64,000 nt of DNA from Octopus sinensis. Its lineage: Eukaryota. Positions 23,160 to 36,495 of the stretch are shown here, in pieces. Position numbers and translations under genes: made by a program. The stretch covers positions 98,828,001 to 98,892,000 of the forward strand of contig NC_042999.1 of assembly GCF_006345805.1 (NCBI RefSeq). The letters are read 5' to 3'. How positions within the stretch are numbered: position 1 is the stretch's first letter; each line of letters begins with the position of its first letter. The notes under the pieces are model-generated. The model worked only from the letters and a program-made list of their open reading frames with translations. It made no database searches and was not told where the DNA came from.

Positions 23160-23390
23160 TGCCAGTAATTTTTTTGTACTTTCCATACAAAGTGCCACTG
23201 GTAATTTTAACTTGACTCCCTGTGTGCCGCCAATAATTTTTACTTGATCTCCAATGTGCCACTATTAATTTTTTATTTGATCTCCTGTGTTCCACTGATA
23301 ATTTTCATTTGTACTCCAGTGTGCTACCATTAATTCTTACTTGATTTCTAGTATGTCACCAGTAATTTTTACTTCAGCCATAATATACCA
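23160..23390. repeat. ~32-bp degenerate minisatellite, about 7 copies
   Basis: Unit approx. gtgccactggtaatttttacttgatctccagt. Confidence 0.8.
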
Positions 23391-23431
23391 CTAAGTCAAA
23401 ATGATTGAAAACCACAGCTTTATAATCTCAC

Positions 23432-23522
23432 ATCATCATCATCGTTTAACGTCCACTTTCCATGCTGGCATGGGTTGGACAGTTTGACTGACGGCTGGCA
23501 AGTCAGAAGGCTGCACCAGGGT
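23432..23522 (-). repeat. Short copy of RTE 3' tail
   Basis: catcatcatcatcgtttaacgtccactttccatgctggcatgggttggacag. Confidence 0.75.
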
Positions 23523-23734
23523 CAGCAACCAAATTCCTTCAAACTAAACTCTGCCTTCTAAATAAAAGAAGAAAACAGTGGATACATTAGTCCTTGAATC
23601 ATTGTATCTGAAAAAAAAAAGCAATATGTGCTGAATGGCTGGAATGTTTTTAATCATATCTCTGCTTGGTCTGCGTAACATGGGGCAAATCAATAACTAA
23701 TTGTCATTAAGCTAATATCAATAAGCTATCTGCT

Positions 23735-23920
23735 TAGTTGAAGTTGACTCTTGGTTACTCGATGGATCAGTGTCCTCCAGCCAGTTCTATCCTGGGTTGC
23801 TTCTTTCAGATTGGCTATGTCCATTCCCATGTCACTCTTGATGGTGTCAAGCCAGCGGGTTCTTGGTCAGTCTCTTCCTCTCTTGCCACTGACCATTCCG
23901 AGCATGATGTCAATAAGCAA
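23735..23920 (-). mobile_element. BovB-like RTE 3'-end fragment
   Basis: Minus translation IMLGMVSGKRGRD*PRTRWLDTIKSDMGMDIANLKEATQDRTGWRTLIHRVTKSQ resembles the recalled BovB ORF terminus (LMLGKIEGRRRRGRQRMRWLDGI...DREAWRAAVHGVTKS). Confidence 0.75.
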
Positions 23921-24970
23921 ACTACTATAAACATTTAATTTTCTTCAGAATTTTTGGAGTTGTGGTTTCAAAACTCAGCGACAGACCTTGTGGTGTATTC
24001 ATGGTACGGTACGCTAATGTACTTTCCCAGTTCATCTGATTTATCTGTTTTGTGAATTTATTTGATTTGATCAGTTGGTATTAAGAAGGATATGCAACCT
24101 TACAAACACCTGATGAAAAGCTCAATACAAAATTTTTAAATTTGTAAACCTCTCCATCCCATACCTGCTAAGGAAAAGGGAAATGGATGTAAAATGAGAA
24201 ACAAATATAAATGTAAATATAACTGTTTACTCTATCCCTTCTAATCTCATGGAATGGAATCTAGCAAACTGACAGCTGAATTAATTGCACAGAAATAACA
24301 ACTGTTTTTGCCTCCTGATTAATGTGATGGTTTGTTGTCTTTATAAAATCTTCTATTTATTCAAAGCTGTCACAGGAAGAAATTGGATAAGGTTAAAATA
24401 GCATGGATAAAGAATAAACAATGCTTTTGTACGGTGGTTTGATAATTGCCAACTTTAACATGTTGCTGTCTTTGAGAAAACTACCTGAGCCCACAGGACC
24501 ATAGTACAGTTTGTGTTGTTGTTTTGATTTATTTCTTACTCAAACATTCAAGTGGTATTTGCTGTTACTTTTCATCTTAAATCCTCAAATCACATTAGTA
24601 TGTTGCTGGTATCTCACATATCAACCTTAGAAAACTCATGAAACATAAAAATATTTTTGATTAAATTAAAGTATTTGAATTATAAATTGATAAAGATGGA
24701 GAATACTCCATCCCCCCTCTGTCTGTCTGTCTGTCTGTCTATCTATTTATATTATGCATATATGAATACACCCACACACACACACATACTCATATGTATA
24801 AATATAAGCAAATTGAAACTAAAAATAAAAACAAAACAACAAATGTATTAGGTTGATGTTCAGTTTACGTTAGAAAAAAGAGGGGATGGCTCTTCATCAG
24901 AAAGAGAGAAGAGGAAAAGAAAAAAATTGTCCAAGAAAAGCATGTATATGATTACATGGCATATATATAT

Positions 24971-25385
24971 CATTATCATCATCATCATCATTTAACGTCT
25001 GCTTTCCAGGTTAGCATGGGTTGGATGATTTAGCTGAGGACTGGCGAACCGGATGGCTGCACCAGACTCCAATCTGATCTGGCAGTTTCTACAGCTGGAT
25101 GCCCTTCCTAATGCCAACCACTCCGAGAGTGCAGTGGATGCTTTTACATGCCACCGACCGGCACGAGGGCCAGTTAGGCGGTACTGGCAACAGCCACACT
25201 CAAATGGTGTTTTTTATATGCCACCTGCACAAGAGTCATTCCTGCAACACTGGCAACGACCTTGCTCGAATGTTTTTTCATGTGCCAGTAATGCGACACT
25301 GGTAATGATCATGCTCAAATGGTGCTTTTTACATGCCACTAGCACAGAAGCCAGTTTATTGCTCTGGCAGCGATCATGCTCACTG
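24971..25385 (-). repeat. RTE 3'-tail copy with internal atggtg..tgccac repeats
   Basis: Same tail motifs as 10633-10960. Confidence 0.8.
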
Positions 25386-26575
25386 TCCATACATACATAG
25401 CATTTAATGTATGTATGCTTTATGTGCACATGTTTGTGTGCATACATGCATTCTGTGAGACTCAAATGGAGAATCTTTGGAATATTTTTTTAAATAAATC
25501 TTCACTGTATCACTAATCAATTGGTTTTGGAAGATGAAAATAAGCTTGCTTTGTTCTTTCTTTGAAAACTCCAGCATTTCCTGGTTCTTATGGTGTTATG
25601 TAATGCAGCACATCCATAACAATAGGTACAAGTGGGAATCTGTAGCCATGTTATAAGATCTTTAAGTTCTGCATTAGTTTACAATAGATTATCTCTTTTG
25701 CTGCAATTTTAGGTGAGACGTATTTCAGTGTGTGTGCATGCATGCATATCAGAAAAGTTTAAGGCGTTTACTTTGCAGCAAATATCCTATATCAAAGCTT
25801 CAGGTTGGCCTGAGGCTTGTGAGTAGAATTCAGTTGATGGTAGCCCTTAATAATTGTCCAGAAGTACATCTCTCACATTCTCTCTGTCTGTCTGTCTATT
25901 TGTTTGTCTGTCTGTCTCTCTTATATATACATATGAATAGATTTATAGTCTCTGTTTGAGATCCATCTTTCATGTTTCTATGGGCAAAGCTAAGACTTTC
26001 CTAGTGATAGATCACTGAAGCATAGCTAATTTTATGGTTCACATGCTCATCCTGTCAACCAGTTCAGTGAAGCATTAACCATAAATAAATCTTGAAAATG
26101 AAAGATGATAAATAATAAACTAGCTGATTGATAATAGTCATTTGGGAAGAACACCATGAATAAAGCCATGAAATATTTTGATTTTTCCCCTGATTACATT
26201 TATTCTTCTGTAAAAATGTATAGTATAGAAAATTGGTAATTTCCACTGAGAAGAGAAAATATAAATTTCTAATGCTGTGTAAACTTATTAATCTTTTGTT
26301 CATCAGCAATTTATTAACTATCCAAAACCCCATAAAGCAAAAGCAATCAGCACTCGAAAAATATTTGTAAAGTGAGGCTTGATGGTTTATTTTGAGAAGA
26401 GAAGAGTTCAGTATTTTATGATGTGCTCCTTTTTGCTGTGGAAAAAGAATTACCACCACAAGCCCTCTGATAGTTGCGATACAAAATCAAAAACAATTGC
26501 AAAAAAGAAAAACAAATAATTTACTATATTTATGTTTAAAGCATTGGAGTCTTCTGCATCAAAACTATATGTGCA

Positions 26576-26609
<34 letters not shown>

Positions 26610-26897
26610 ATGTTTTAAGTATATATATATATGCATATGCACACATGCACACTCAAATACATATCTTTATTATATGTATTAAAAAAACAGCAATGTAATA
26701 GAATTTAACTTTGTAGGCAGTTACAATCTGCCACTGGGCATAACTCAAGTAGGCTAGTATTTTCTAATACAATAAATATAGCTTTCCACTTTGTATCACA
26801 TATTGAGTCCTACATAAGATGATGTTTGTGTGATATATAAACATATATTAGTGTATGTTTTACAAATCTTACAATAATAATAATGTTGTTGTTGTTA

Positions 26898-26928
<31 letters not shown>

Positions 26929-26953
26929 CATCATCATCATCTTTATTATTGAA

Positions 26954-27165
26954 GGCGGCGAGCTGGCAGAATCATTAACATGGTGAATGAAATGTTTAGC
27001 AGTTTTTCACCCATTGCTATATTCTGAGTTCAAATCCCACCAAGGTCAACTTTGTCTTTCATCCTTTTGGGGTTGATAAATTAAGTACCAGTGAAACACT
27101 AGGGTTGATGTAATCAACAAACCCTTTCCCTCAAATTTCAGGCCTTGTGCCTATAATAGAAAGGA
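26954..27165 (+). repeat. tRNA-type SINE, family A (ggcggcgagctggcagaatc...ctgagttcaaatcc...gataaattaagtaccag)
   Basis: A/B-box-like head; further copies at ~34620-34790 (+), 48620-48830 (-), 53830-54040 (-), 63183-63310 (+). Confidence 0.7.
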
Positions 27166-27984
27166 TCATCATCATCATTTTAACGATTATGTTTCTATGC
27201 TGGCATGGGTTGGGCAGTCCTTATTTAAGCAGATTTTCTTCAGTTGGATGCCCATCCAGTTGCATATCCTTAACTGTTTGCAAGCAAGGTAATATTTCCC
27301 AATAGCTAGATATATTTATGCAAAATATTGGAAATGAATTACACTGCTTGTATGACAGTAGCAGTGTACACATGCATAACCCCCCCCCCACAAACACATG
27401 TGTACACACATGCGTGCTTACATACATACATACATATATACATTCATACATATGTGTGTGTGTATACGCAATGTGCTTCTTTCAATTTCTCTCAATCAAC
27501 TCTACTCACAAGGCATTGGTCAACCTGTGTCTATAGTGGAAGACACTTAACCAAGGTGCCATGTCCTTGAACTAACCCTAGACCATATCACTGAGAAGCA
27601 AATTTCTAAGCCACACAGCCATGCCTGTGCCAATATTTATCTATCTACACGCACACACACACACACTCACACACACACACATACACATACACACAGATAT
27701 AACAGATTCCTGTATATTTTTCCACCCAAAATATTTTACTAACAGGGCATTGGTTAATCCAATTCCATGACAGAAACTATTTGCCCTGGAGCCACACTGG
27801 GAGATTGGAGAGGTTGGACTAGGGCCATGTTGTTGTGAAGTGGGCTCTTTTAACATGACCATGCCATAAATCTATATTTTTACTTCCCATATTCTGTTTG
27901 GTGTAAGAAGAAATGTCTTTGACTGATAAAAATCACTATTTGAGCAGTTCTTTTTCTGCTCATAAAAAGTACCCATACCAATAC

Positions 27985-28187
27985 CACATAAAAGTGCCTG
28001 TGTTAGTACCATATAAAAGGCACCCAGCTCACTCTGTGAAGTGGTTGGTGTTTGGAAGGGCATCCAGTTGTAGAAACCAAGCCAAAGCAGAGTGGAACCT
28101 GGTGCAGGTCTCCACCTTACCAGCTATGGTCAAATCATCCAACCCATGCCAGCACGGAAAACAGACATTAAAGGATGATGATGATGA
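27985..28187 (+). repeat. Short copy of RTE 3' tail
   Basis: ggaagggcatccagttgtagaaacc...ccaacccatgccagcacggaaaacagacattaaaggatgatgatgatg. Confidence 0.8.
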
Positions 28188-28844
28188 ATATTTTAGAGTG
28201 GGTGCTTTCAAATGTTAGCAAATTTGAAATATTTGTTCTGTTGATTGGTTATCTAAGTCATCTAAGAAATATGTTTCAAAGACCTAACACATAAAAGATT
28301 TAACTTCCAAAGAGCTAAATACTCTTTTTATAATGACAAAATCCTGAATGCAAGGAGACACAATGCATTGTTCTGTGATAGCAACAATCAGTCCATAGTA
28401 GAGATCTAGGAGAGTTTTATAAGTTCAGTAGTACTGGGGAGTGAAGAATCTAAAACTCCATTTCTAAATTGACATATTTTGCTATTGCAGTATGTGATGG
28501 TGTAATTAAAGCAATCTTTGCCAAACCCTGTTACATTTTGAGAAGTTATTTAATCAACTCATCACTAAAAATAGATATTTTCTCCTCTGCTAGTGCAACA
28601 TGAGTCACACAATTCATTTAACATTTATCTTATATCCACAACAAACACACACACACACACACAGATTCATACAAACATACTAAAAAAATTAATTTGATAA
28701 GTGGCAATGTCTGATAGCCTTCAATGGGTATATAAATGTGTGCATGTATGCATTTACTATATACATGTGTGTATGTAAATATATGTATATGTATGTTTAT
28801 ATATGTGTGTGTATATATATATGTATATGTGTGTGTATGTATAT

Positions 28845-28933
28845 ATGTATATGTGTGTGTATGTATATATATATATATGTATGCATATGTGTATATATAC
28901 AAGTGTGTGTGTGTGTGTATATATATGTGTGTG

Positions 28934-28966
<33 letters not shown>

Positions 28967-29156
28967 AAAATAAATATAAGAGAGTGGTCACTAAATGGCT
29001 CACTCTAGCACCAGTTAATCCAAAAGGTTTCAACCACGAAAATACATGTTTCCCATGAAAGTCAGTACGATTGTTAGCTCACACGGACTAGGCCACTTGG
29101 TGTTGAATAGATATACTATTAAATTAGTATCTAATTCTCTCACCCTTATTAATTAA

Positions 29157-29217
<61 letters not shown>

Positions 29218-29262
29218 TGTATATATACACATATGCATACATATATATATACATACACACAC

Positions 29263-29270
<8 letters not shown>
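28845..29270. repeat. Inverted duplication of a compound microsatellite (arms ~28845-28980 and ~29145-29270)
   Basis: The irregular string gtatgcatatgtgtatatatacaagtgtgtgtgtg on the left is present as its reverse complement cacacacacttgtatatatacacatatgcatac on the right. Confidence 0.8.
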
Positions 29271-29330
<60 letters not shown>

Positions 29331-31601
29331 TATGTATGTGCGTGTGTCCAACCCATGTCAGCATGGAAAACGAAGATTAAAGGATGGTGATGATGATATA
29401 TATGTGTGTATGAAGATGGGCATGTTCATCTGTGAGGAGGAGTAACAATGCCCACAACTCTTTTAGGTATTCCTAGAACTTGAAAATACGGACAACTGTG
29501 TGAAGTTGAAATTAATACAACTAATATTCACTCCACCAATGTATGTATTGTTGGAGTATAATGGGTTTCAATAGAAAATGAGAGAAATTAGGGCAGTTTC
29601 TACACACAGTTGCAGCCAGCCATTGTGGTTTAAACCGAAGATGACATACAAAGATATATTAACTACATACATGCACAAATCTACATATATACACACTCTA
29701 TCACTTGTTTGCATATACAAACACTCATACATAAATAAATACAATGTTCTCCATCACTCAGTCTTTTGTTTGCTGTCACCTACTCTTAAGCTAAGTTCTG
29801 AGATTATTTGCTTAACTTCATCTTTAAATATAAACTTGATGTCTTTTCCAGTATAATTGCTGTTAACAGAGACACTTTAGGAAGGTACTAAATATAGATT
29901 TCAAATGATAGTGTATTATCTAAGCTGCAAAGGTAAAATAACTTCATCTTATGAAGACAATCTGGTATGAAATTCACTTTTTATTTTTCAAAATCTTTTT
30001 CTTAAGTAAAAGAAAGTGGTAAGTCATATTTAGTGGTGAAGAGTTCAGAGCTGAGCTAAATTTACTTCCCAGACCCAATTCCTGGTGGGAACCATTTCAT
30101 TTGGCTTGCATTTCTAATACTTTTGGGAAAGTCGTAAACATTTTAAGTGGCATTCAAATCAGCTGAAAGTTTTCTGTTTATCTAAAGAAAGAAAGTAACT
30201 GGAAACTGCTTCGTATCAAGTTATGTGTAGAAACAGCAGACAAACTTTAACCATCCTTGACCATATTCCAAATAAAATATGCAGTAAATGTTTTTCATTT
30301 TATTTTGAAAATAATCAAGAATTTGGAGTAATTTTTATAATAAAGCTGGTGTTTGGATTATAATTTAATGAAAGTTTCATACATGAAATTATGATGGGAA
30401 GCTTCAATTTAAATGTTAACTTTTACAGATGAGAGGTAGTTGTAGGTTGGTTGGTATCAAAAGGGTTAATTACTGTACAAAGCATAAGTATTAGTCTTTG
30501 TTAACTGACAAAAGCTTCAAGCCAATATCTTTAAGGATTTAAGTATTCTGTATTACAACATACAATGTTTTTAGCATTATTTGTTCTTGAAGCTTTTATT
30601 TAGAATTCCTGAGAATCTCATAATTCAAATGTTTTGAATTCCTTTTCTGAATTGGAGTAAGAACATTAAGAACTTTATGCAACTAGTTTCTATTTTGGAT
30701 GGACTTTGTCAAGAAGATTATAACTGATGGAGACTATATATTTATTATTTTTTTTTAACAATAATATAGTAAGTAGCTACATGGGAAAGATGAAATTTCA
30801 TTAATAGTGACTATCTATATTGTAAAGGGAATAGAATTAATAAATGTTTTGCTGTACTTTAATTCTAAGAGCATTGAAGATACTAGGAGCTGTCTTAATT
30901 CTTAATAAAATAGATTGGTCTTGAGATGGTGACTACCTGAGCTAACTAAAGAACAGAGAAGTGGTAGAGTTTGGCAAGGTAGAAATCATATAAGACATAT
31001 TATGAGAACATACTACTGATCTAATATTTCTCTTTTCAAACATTAACATTGTTTTAGTTGTGGTCATTGATTTAGAAGAGCTTCATTTTGAAGCGATTAT
31101 CACCAATTATTCAGGTTGTTAAATATTAGAATATCGACTGCTACTTAACCTTTTATGAAATATATTCCACAACAAATTATTTCATAATCTACTGATTAGC
31201 AGATAGTATAATTAATGGTAACTTTGTTCTTAGTTTTAAACACTTCCTTATAATTCTACTATTTTTCTTTATGAACTTCTTCAATTTACAAAATCATAAT
31301 GCCATAAAAAATTGTTGCTGTGTTTGTAGTTCCAAGAAAATAATCAAAATGTAAACAGTAGGTTTCACTTTGTAACATTTATTTATTCAATTTATTGAAA
31401 GAAGCTGGACAAGCATATGTCTGAGTTGAAATTTGTATGTGTTTTGTTTGCTACAACTTCACAAATATCATTTCCTTACACTCTTCAATGAAATTAAAAG
31501 TTTTTATACATCTGAGATCATCAAAACTGGAAGTTCTTTCATCTAAATTCAGATTGTCATCTCTCATAGGCCTGGTATCAACTATATTGCTTCATTACAA
31601 T

Positions 31602-31850
31602 CATCATCATCATCATCATTGTTTAATGTCCACTTTCCATGCTAGCATGGGTTGGACGATTTGACTGAGACTGGCGAACCATATGTCTGCACCAGGCTCC
31701 AATCTGATCTGGCAGAGTTTCTACAGCTGGATGCCCTTCCTAACACCAACCACTCCGAGAGTGTAGTGGGTGCTTTTACGTGCCACTGGCACGAGGGCCA
31801 GTCAGGCGGTACTGGCAATGGCCATGCTCAAATGGTGTTTTTTACGTGCT
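31602..31850 (-). repeat. Short copy of RTE 3' tail
   Basis: catcatcat...gtccactttccatgctagcatgggttggacg...ggatgcccttcctaacaccaaccactccgagagtg. Confidence 0.85.
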
Positions 31851-34828
31851 TCATTACAAAATATGTGCTTTATTACAATATATGATTTATATATCTACAA
31901 TCAATATGTTGGGCTATAATATCTTTAAATATACAGATACAAAGAAATACACATGCACATTTCTTTTCCTTCATCACAACAAATAAAGTTATAAGGTTTA
32001 CAAATCTTCTACACTTAATATTAAAATTGATGAAATCATTGTGATTAATATTCTCTTCAGAACCAAACTTTAATGGTTCACTGAATTGTTAGTGTGGGTG
32101 CACAGAGGTATTCAGTTTCATGGCATGATTGATGGCAAAACATCTCCAAGTAGTAGGTCTTCCTGAACGATCCAGCAAAAGTCTGTGACCAAGTGTCATT
32201 TTAGAAAAAATTGTTGATGATCATTTCATATTAAATTTAACTGGATCCAGCTTACCATTGCATATAGTACACCACACACACACACAAACACACTCACACA
32301 CACACATACACACACACACACACTATGTGTGAGTGCCTTAAAAATTTACGCATATATGTATGAATCATTTTATCTCAGCAAGGAAAAGTGCTCTGTCATG
32401 GCCACAGTGTAATATGTGAAACCAATAAAAGAATAAAAAGGACTAATCTTTGTCCCTCATTTAATGACTATTTTCCATACTGGCATGGGTTTGATAGTTC
32501 AATAGGAACCAGTGGAACAGAGGATTGAGAAATGCTCCAATGTTTGAATTGGTCTGATTTCTGTTGCTTGATACCCTTGCTAGCACCAAACATTTTACAG
32601 AGTAAAGTGGGTGGTGTGCTTTTTGTGGTACCAGCACTACTGAAGTTGCCTTGCTACTTGTACAATAAAGGACCTAGAGGGATCTCTATAACTGAAGAAG
32701 GATAGATGATTCTAGGCAGGATGATTTGAAAGGGACCAATTTATTGTTGTGAGAGTATAGTTGGATGGGGTGGGGGGTAAATATAGTTATGGATCTTGTT
32801 GGGAGAGGGAGTTCAGGAAGGACTGGGAAAGAGAAGTGATTAATGTTGGGCTTGTGAAAAAAAGATGGACAGATGCAAAAGGGCCGAGCGATGAGTTGTG
32901 CTGGAAGGGTCCAGTGTTTTGTATAACACACACACACCCACACTCACATATGGAAATCCTTGTAATTCATATCAGCATGTAAAATGATCATTAAAGTAAT
33001 ATTGATTATGAAGATTTTCAATGAATAAATAAATGAAATTAGACAAAGTCTAATTTTATCTAAAACATATGACTTGTTCCACTGTTGAACCTGTTTGGCA
33101 ACTGATCTGACCTGAGTTCATTTGTTGCAACTAAAACATTTGCAACATGTTAGAGTCATATTGGTCCATTAAACATACATATTGTGTTTATTCCCTTTTG
33201 CTCTTTTGTTTTTTAGTTGTATGTATTGTTGTATCTTAATTATTCTCCCTTCATTTATAATCTAGCTAGTTCTACTCTAGTTGACTACCTCTCATTGCTT
33301 TGTGTTTCTTTCATTTTCTCTTTTAAAGCACTAAATCAATCAATTGGGATATTTGATAATGCAGCTAAATGCTATAACTTGCTTGTTGACTTGGCTATAA
33401 TATTTTATATAGTTTAAATATTCTAGTTTAGAATGGTAACATTTATGTTACCTCATAGTTATATGTTTGCCAGAATTTGTTTCAGCTGTTTGTGAAGTTG
33501 TTATTATTCTAGCATTTACTGCTAATCTTGGCTGGATGCTTGTCTTATCCATTTATCATTTTCCCAAGAAAGAAAAAAATAGAAAAAAAATTTAAAAAAT
33601 ATAAAGATGACAAAATAGAAAATAAAAGCATCACTGCATACTTCTTAGTGATAAAGAAAATTGATGTAGGAAGCTTCAGAGTTCCTTATTGACATGCTTT
33701 TTTCAATAAAAATTGCCTGCCAGAATCAGTTTTGCTTTTCAATTTTCTGGAATCAGTAAGAACAAAAAAATAAGTACCAGTCATAATCTAGGATTGATTG
33801 AATCAATTATTCTCCATCATAAGAAAAGTGTGAGGTCATGCAAATATGAGAAATCCTTATAAAATGTTTTTTTCTTTTACTTGTTGGATTTGATATTTAT
33901 GTGACCCATTTTGAAGCTATTCTGGTGTGTAAGCTTATACAATGTAAGACTTCAGAGACATCAGTTATACATTTCTAAATTTCTGGTGTTCATTATATTT
34001 TCTATGGATAAAAAAGATAGTAAAAATAAACAAACATCTTACTTTACTGGATAATCATCATGAATTATGGTAATGATTATCAATCATCATTATAATTATT
34101 TAACACCTGTTTTTTGTTTTTTTTTCAGAAAAAAATTCTTTACATATAGCCATTCTGTTATACTTAGTATTATTGCAAGATCTGAAACAACCACCAGTTC
34201 TCACATGTTCCATTGTGTTCCAATAATACTTTTTCTCCTAAGGATTCATCACTCATTCTTATTCCATGTTGATTTTCTTGTCCCTCAGATAATGTTATCT
34301 TGCTTTAACTATTTGGTTGCTTTCTGTCTTTGTTCACTTGTGCTTAATTGGGCATAGCAATAAGCAAGAAATACACATGCAAATATTTGAATTTTAGATC
34401 ATCAAAATCAAATTGAATTAGCGAAAACAAAAAAAAAACAAAACAATGAAAACAATGCAAAATATACACATAATTATAACTAGTGTGCTAAAATAGTATA
34501 TAAATAGAGGAATCAATATGATATTATTGCATAATTAGTTTGCCTTTTGGTGTTTCTTTTCCCAAAATAAAACAGACTTTTCACATATTTTGATATTTAA
34601 AAGTTCCACTTAAAGTTGTGAGCAACATTTCATCTGCCTTCACATTCTGAGTTCAAATTCTGCTGAGGTTGACTTTGCCTTTCACCCTTTTCGGGTTGAT
34701 AAAATAAGTACCAGTTAAGCACTTAGATCAATGCAATCAACTTACCCCCTCCCCTGAAATTGCTATCCCTGTGTCAAAATTTGCAACCAATATTTAAGAG
34801 TTCCACTATACCAGTGGCATTTGATAGA

Positions 34829-35030
34829 ATCATCATCATCATCATCATCGTTTAACGTCCGTTTTCCATGCTAGCATGGGTTGGACAGTTTTACCTGGGT
34901 CTGGGAAGCCAGGAAGCTGCACCAGGCTCCAGTCTGATCTGGCAGTGTTTCTACAGCTGAATGCCCTTCCTAACGCCAACCACTCCATGAGTGTAGTGGG
35001 CACTTTTTACGTGCCACTGGCACAAGTGCC
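34829..35030 (-). repeat. Short copy of RTE 3' tail
   Basis: catcatcatcgtttaacgtccgttttccatgctagcatgggttggacag...tttacgtgccactggcac. Confidence 0.85.
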
Positions 35031-35311
35031 AGAGGATCTAACTCGTTATTATTTAGCCATTTCTGTGTTAATAGGTTGTTATGCAAATTTTGTCTTATCT
35101 GTTGGTTTGCCTAAATTGAAATGCTTCTGTTTTGACAGGTTTCAGTCAGTAGACTTCAAGGGTTTTAATCAATACTTTATCAGTCATACAGACCCCAATA
35201 CTTATAACAGTCTAGTACTCATTTTGTAAATCTCTATTTGTTGAACTACTCAGTTACAAGACATAAGCAAAAACATCAGTTTTTAGAAGGGTGTAAACAT
35301 AAACCATGTCT

Positions 35312-35458
35312 GGTAAGTTCACTATCATCAATTCACCATTTTTGTCCAATATAATAGTTTTTAACTATTAATGGTGATATACTATGGATAATATTTTCTT
35401 GGTAAACTTACCTCACAGTGAACTTTCTTCACGGTGAATTGATAGTAGTGAACTTACC
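35312..35458. mobile_element. MITE-like element with ~26-bp TIRs
   Basis: ggtaagttcactatcatcaattcacc vs ggtgaattgatagtagtgaacttacc. Confidence 0.7.
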
Positions 35459-36117
35459 TGTAATCAACATAAACACAGATATTGGAGCACATGTTTTCAT
35501 CTACCAAATTCCACTGACAAAGTAGCAGTCAACCCAAGCCTGACATGAAGGACATTTGTCCAATCTGTTGCCCCAGGGAATGAATCAGGAATCATATGAC
35601 TGCAAGCTTGTAAAGCAAACTTCTTAAACGCGCTGCCAAGTCTGCACTTATATCTGTAATGTAATTACACATTTTCCTTCCCACCATATGCAAATTCTTT
35701 ATAGTGGCATTTTGATTGATATATCAACATTAAATTTAAGCTTTACTTTGTTTCTGGATCCTCAACGAGTTATTTTTGTCTTATTAAATGGAGATATAAC
35801 AATTATATATAACTGAGAATTTTAATAATCTGTAAATATTGAAACATAAATAAAATCAATTCTTTTGCATGAGATTTGCATTTGGCACTGAAAATCAGTA
35901 AAGTTTGTTTGATGCTAAGTACAAAACCATTCCATCTTATTCTTAGGATGCATTCTACTTTCTAGTAAACCATGCTGCATTTAAGGGCCATTTTCTGTTA
36001 CCGCCGTATCGCCCTGTTATTGCTGCATAATGATGAAATACAAATTCTAAAGTATAGTTAGTGACATTGAAATTTCAAGACTATTTTGAAATGGTAAAAA
36101 AAAAGAATGTTCTTAAC

Positions 36118-36495
36118 TGTGTGGCTGTGTAATTTGAAGTTTGCTTCTCAGCCACATGGTTCTAGGTTCAGTCTGACTGTGTGGCACATTGGGAAAATGT
36201 CTTTTACTATAGCCTTGGGCTGACCAAAGCCTTGTGAGTAGATTTGGTAGATAGAAACTGAAAGAAGCCTTTTGTATATGTGTGTCTGCTTGTGTTTGTT
36301 TTCTACCACGTTTTGACAAGTGGTGTTGGTTTGTTCATGTCCCTGTATCTTAGCAGCTTGGCAGAAGAGACCAATTGGATACGTACCAAGGTTAACAAAA
36401 AAAAAAAAAATGGGTCAATTCATTCGACTAAAAATTCTTCAAGGCAGTGCCCCAGCATGGCTGCAGTCTAATGGCTGAAACAAGTAAAAGATAAC
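36118..36495 (+). repeat. tRNA-type SINE, family B (gtggctgtgtggtaag...gggttcagtccc...gaccaaagccttgtgagtggatttggtaga)
   Basis: Same family at 59363-59754 (+), 40910-41060 (-), 46080-46235 (-), 27475-27630 (-), 47420-47570 (-). Confidence 0.7.

Noticed and set aside
25688-25712. 25-nt exon IISFAAIL with a TAG|GTGAGA donor
   Set aside because: The sequence is equally well read as a polypyrimidine tract and acceptor; its hydrophobic translation is expected from T-richness.
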